The notes under the pieces: generated by a model | The model's database searches: none | Told to the model about the DNA's origin: nothing | Seen by the model: only the letters and a program-made list of their open reading frames with translations | Shown here: positions 60,499-64,000 of the stretch, piece by piece | Position numbering within the stretch: the stretch's first letter is position 1 | Layout of the letters: each line of letters begins with the position of its first letter | Made by a program: the position numbers and the translations under genes | DNA from: Microcoleus sp. | GTDB lineage: Bacteria; Cyanobacteriota; Cyanobacteriia; Cyanobacteriales; Microcoleaceae | Direction of reading: 5' to 3' | DNA: 64,000 nt | NCBI GenBank assembly: GCA_042408215.1 | Contig: JAYFMW010000020.1 | Location: 512,001 to 576,000, forward strand

Positions 60499-62415
60499 TT
60501 ATTTTCCCAGACTAACCGGCTGCTGGCGGTTTCGCACTTCCAGAAAAATCAACAAAGCATTAACATCAGCCGGATTCACCCCACCAATCCTCGACGCTTG
60601 ACCAATAGTCAACGGCCTGATTTTTGTCAACTTTTCCCGCGACTCCTTCGACAGAGTTGTAATCGCCATATAATCCAAATCCCCAGGCAATTGTCGGCGT
60701 TCGTGTCTGACAATTTCATCAATTTGATTTTGCTGTTTTTGCAGATAGCCAGAATATTTGATATCAATTTCTGCACCATCTTTCTCAGCCAACTTCAGAC
60801 TATAATCGCCTAAATTGTACCGTTCCAAATCGACATAATGAAAACCAGGACGACGCAACAAATCAGCCAGAGTAATCGAACCTTTAATCGCTTGTTGAGT
60901 CTCAGCAAAAATCTGCTGACCAAGCTCCTCGTGCTCCTTCACCCGCGTCGAATACAAGCGTTTCTTCTCTGCTACAATATTAGCTTGTTTCCGCTCAAAC
61001 AACTCCCAACGCCGATCGCCAATCAAGCCAATTTCCCGTCCGAGCGGAGTCAAGCGTTGGTCAGCATTGTCCGATCGCAATAATAACCGATATTCCGATC
61101 GCGAAGTCAACATCCGATAAGGTTCCCGCAAATCCTTCGTACACAAATCATCAATCAAAGTCCCGATATAACTTTGCTCGCGAGGAAACACAATCATTGC
61201 CTGATTTTTCGCAAACCTAGCCGCATTAATCCCCGCCACAATCCCCTGTGCAGCCGCCTCCTCATAGCCAGTCGTACCGTTCACCTGGCCCGCGCAAAAT
61301 AGACCTTCAATCTTCTTAGTCATCAGCGTGGGAAAACACTGAGTCGCAGGCAAATAATCATACTCCACAGCATAAGCCGGACGCATCATCTCGCACTTTT
61401 CCAAACCAGGAAGAGTCCGCAGCATTTGCAATTGCAAAGTTTCCGGTAAACCAGTCGAAAAACCTTGGATATAAAGTTCAGGAATATCCCTACCTTCCGG
61501 CTCAATAAAAATCTGGTGACTTTCCTTATCCGCAAACCGGACAATCTTATCTTCAATACTCGGACAATAGCGCGGCCCCTTCGCATCAACCCAGCCGCCG
61601 TAGACAGGAGAAAGGTGCAAATTGTCCCTAATTAACTGATGAGTTTCTGGCGTAGTTCGAGTCAAATAACAAGGCATTTGTTCCCGTTCGATCCAAACTT
61701 CTGGATCGAAACTAAACCAGCGGACATCTGCATCTCCAGGCTGCGGTTCCAGGTTAGTATAATCGAGAGTCCGTTTGTCAACTCTTGCCGGAGTTCCGGT
61801 TTTTAACCTGCCAGTTTCAAAGCCCAAACGGTTGAGAGTTTCCGTCAAACCAACGGCGGCAAATTCTCCAGCGCGTCCGGCAGGCATCGACTTATTGCCC
61901 ACCCAAATTGTGCCGCCTAAAAAAGTGCCAGTGGTGAGAATTACAGCTTTGCATTCAAAGGCGACACCGAAGTATGTTTCAACTCCGATTACTTCTTCGT
62001 TTTTGCCCAAAACTAAGTCTGTAACCATCGCTTCGCGGATGGTCAAATTCTCTTGATTTTCGACAATATTATTCATCACAGCGGCGTATTCTCGCTTGTC
62101 TGTTTGTGCTCTCAGCGCCCACACAGCGGGGCCTCTGGAAGAGTTGAGGATGCGTTTTTGTAGGTAAGTGCGATCGGCCATTTTGCCAATTTCCCCGCCT
62201 AACGCATCCACTTCGTTAGTCAGTTGAGACTTCGCCGGGCCGCCGACAGCGGGATTGCAAGGTTGCCAGGCAATTTTATCGAGGTTGAGGGTGAGGAGAA
62301 GAGTGCGACAACCGAGGCGAGAAGTGGCGAGGGCGGCTTCGCAGCCGGAGTGGCCGGCACCAACTACGATGATGTCGAAACTGTCTTGGAATTGTACTGG
62401 GGTTTGTGCGGTCAT
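60499..62415 (-). CDS. mnmG: tRNA uridine-5-carboxymethylaminomethyl(34) synthesis enzyme MnmG/GidA
   Basis: [50 protein letters not shown]. Confidence 0.98.
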   Translation of the reverse strand: MTAQTPVQFQDSFDIIVVGAGHSGCEAALATSRLGCRTLLLTLNLDKIAWQPCNPAVGGPAKSQLTNEVDALGGEIGKMADRTYLQKRILNSSRGPAVWALRAQTDKREYAAVMNNIVENQENLTIREAMVTDLVLGKNEEVIGVETYFGVAFECKAVILTTGTFLGGTIWVGNKSMPAGRAGEFAAVGLTETLNRLGFETGRLKTGTPARVDKRTLDYTNLEPQPGDADVRWFSFDPEVWIEREQMPCYLTRTTPETHQLIRDNLHLSPVYGGWVDAKGPRYCPSIEDKIVRFADKESHQIFIEPEGRDIPELYIQGFSTGLPETLQLQMLRTLPGLEKCEMMRPAYAVEYDYLPATQCFPTLMTKKIEGLFCAGQVNGTTGYEEAAAQGIVAGINAARFAKNQAMIVFPREQSYIGTLIDDLCTKDLREPYRMLTSRSEYRLLLRSDNADQRLTPLGREIGLIGDRRWELFERKQANIVAEKKRLYSTRVKEHEELGQQIFAETQQAIKGSITLADLLRRPGFHYVDLERYNLGDYSLKLAEKDGAEIDIKYSGYLQKQQNQIDEIVRHERRQLPGDLDYMAITTLSKESREKLTKIRPLTIGQASRIGGVNPADVNALLIFLEVRNRQQPVSLGK

Positions 62416-62428
62416 GGCTGAGTCGAGC

Positions 62429-62460
62429 GATTTTAGATTTTAGATTTTAGATTTTAGATT
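62429..62460. repeat. heptamer tandem repeat (GATTTTA)n
   Basis: Reverse complement of the (TCTAAAA)n tract at 2758. Confidence 0.9.
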
Positions 62461-62607
62461 GAAGGATTAACCCCGTCCTGAGTCTGCGCGTTGGAATTAA
62501 TCTGGGAGCTTGTTTATTGGATACCATTATATACTATAATTCAAAATCTGTCGTCAAATACAGAGATAAGCAGCAGTTACACCAGCCATTTAAAGGAAAT
62601 AGCGAAA

Positions 62608-64000
62608 ATGGTAAATCAACTATTTTACGGTGACAATCTCGAAGTCTTACGCAGACACATCAAAGATGAATCAATCGATTTGTGCTACATTGACCCGCCT
62701 TTTAACTCAAAACGCAACTACAACCAAATTTACAACAACATTGGCAAGGAAGACCAAGCCCAAGCACAAGCTTTTATTGACACTTGGACTTGGGACGATT
62801 ACGCAAATCAGGGTTTAGCTGAAATCTTGGAAAATTACCAAGGTAAATTTACATCACAAAGTATTGATTTAATCGCTGGCTTAACAAAGGTCTTAAGCAA
62901 AGGCAGTTTATTAGCATATTTGGTTCACATGACTTTGCGAGTAGTCGAGATTCATCGAGTCTTAAAACCTACGGGTAGCTTTTATCTACATTGCGATCCT
63001 ACAGCAAGCCATTATTTAAAATTAATTTTAGATGCAATTTTTTGCTCTTTGGGAGGTCAATTCAGAAATGAAATTATCTGGCAATACAAACGCTGGCCTG
63101 CCAAACAGAATAATTTTCAACGAATGCACGATGTCATATTTTTCTATTCTAAAGATTCGTCAACTAATACATTTAATACATTCTATGAAGACTTATCAGT
63201 AGGTACTCAAAAAAGATGGAAGGGTAAAAAGAGCAAAGTAGAATTTGAGGGCAAAACTAGATTAGTCACTCAGATGACAGAAGAAGATTCAATCGGTACA
63301 CCCGCTGATGATGTTTGGAATATACCAGTTATAAATTCCCAAGCTAGAGAACGTCTTGGCTATCCTACACAGAAACCGGAAGCTTTATTAGAACGAATCA
63401 TCAAAGTCAGTAGCAATGAAGGCGATGTAGTTTTAGATGCTTACTGCGGTTGTGGTACTACCGTCGCTGTATCTCAACGCCTCAACCGCCAATGGATCGG
63501 AATTGACATTACTTATCAAAGTATTAGTTTAATTCTCAAACGCCTTGAGGATTCTTTTGGTAAAGATGTACTTGAGCAAATTCAGTTAAACGGCATTCCT
63601 AAAGACATGGAAGCTGCAATAGCCTTGGCTAACAAAAAAGACGATCGCACTCGTAAAGAATTTGAAAAATGGGTCGTGCTTACCTATACTAATAATAGGG
63701 CAACTATTAACGCCAAGAAAGGTGCAGATCGGGGAATAGATGGCATTGCTTATTTTCAGGGTGAGAAAGATGAACCTGAAAAGATTATCCTGCAAGTCAA
63801 GTCAGGGAATGTGAAATCAGGAGACATCCGCGATTTGCAAGGAACAATTACCCTCGAACAAGCGGCGCTTGGCATTTTCATTACCTTAAAAGATCCAACT
63901 AAGGAAATGATTAAAACTGCTAAGTCAGCGGGAATATATCAAAGCAGATATATGAGCCAAAGTTCCGACAAAATACAAATTGTTACTGTTAGGCAAATTT
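62608..64000 (+). CDS. N6/N4 DNA methyltransferase fused to Mrr-like endonuclease domain (runs off window)
   Basis: Hand translation: LFYGDNL, YIDPPFNS, LHCD, YPTQKPEALL, DAYCGCGTT, then FEKW...GADRGIDG...ILQVKSG. Absent from the ORF track because there is no stop in the window. Confidence 0.9.
   Translation, partial: MVNQLFYGDNLEVLRRHIKDESIDLCYIDPPFNSKRNYNQIYNNIGKEDQAQAQAFIDTWTWDDYANQGLAEILENYQGKFTSQSIDLIAGLTKVLSKGSLLAYLVHMTLRVVEIHRVLKPTGSFYLHCDPTASHYLKLILDAIFCSLGGQFRNEIIWQYKRWPAKQNNFQRMHDVIFFYSKDSSTNTFNTFYEDLSVGTQKRWKGKKSKVEFEGKTRLVTQMTEEDSIGTPADDVWNIPVINSQARERLGYPTQKPEALLERIIKVSSNEGDVVLDAYCGCGTTVAVSQRLNRQWIGIDITYQSISLILKRLEDSFGKDVLEQIQLNGIPKDMEAAIALANKKDDRTRKEFEKWVVLTYTNNRATINAKKGADRGIDGIAYFQGEKDEPEKIILQVKSGNVKSGDIRDLQGTITLEQAALGIFITLKDPTKEMIKTAKSAGIYQSRYMSQSSDKIQIVTVRQI

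Noticed and set aside
1..64000. tRNA, rRNA, reverse transcriptase, integrase or tnpA genes
   Set aside because: None recognised by eye. A tRNAscan/Rfam run would be needed to exclude small RNAs.

Overview
64-kb chromosomal window from a cyanobacterium, probably filamentous (Microcoleus/Oscillatoriales-like). This rests on very frequent HIP1 octamers (GCGATCGC), heptamer tandem repeats and cyanobacterial gene families. Housekeeping genes (ABC-F, mtnA, guaA, cbiD, rpsD, metK, mnmG) alternate with accessory blocks. These include: (i) an ABC-type ATPase + TOPRIM-like pair (candidate defence system); (ii) a GLIC-like pentameric ligand-gated ion channel; (iii) a complete type III-A CRISPR-Cas interference operon (HD-less cas10, csm2-5, cas6, csx1) with no array or cas1/2 in view and a truncated WYL-type regulator; (iv) an AT-rich island encoding a divergent HTH protein, an extra adenylate kinase, a KAP-family NTPase and two four-CBS proteins, the best candidate for an undescribed adenylate-sensing system; (v) many IS200/IS605 derivatives: two full tnpB, five ORF-less elements, most retaining omegaRNA tails, and an orphan IscB-type omegaRNA (HEARO-like) upstream of metK; (vi) a Panacea toxin-antitoxin pair, integron attC-like sites, a MerR/thioredoxin/ArsP operon, an atypical class III cyclase and a putative metal/iron-response cluster with a shared operator; (vii) REP arrays, nested MITEs and a 17 x 85-87 bp tandem array. 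A methyltransferase-Mrr fusion runs off the right end. No rRNA, tRNA or true CRISPR array was recognised. All protein family calls come from reading motifs; no database search was run.
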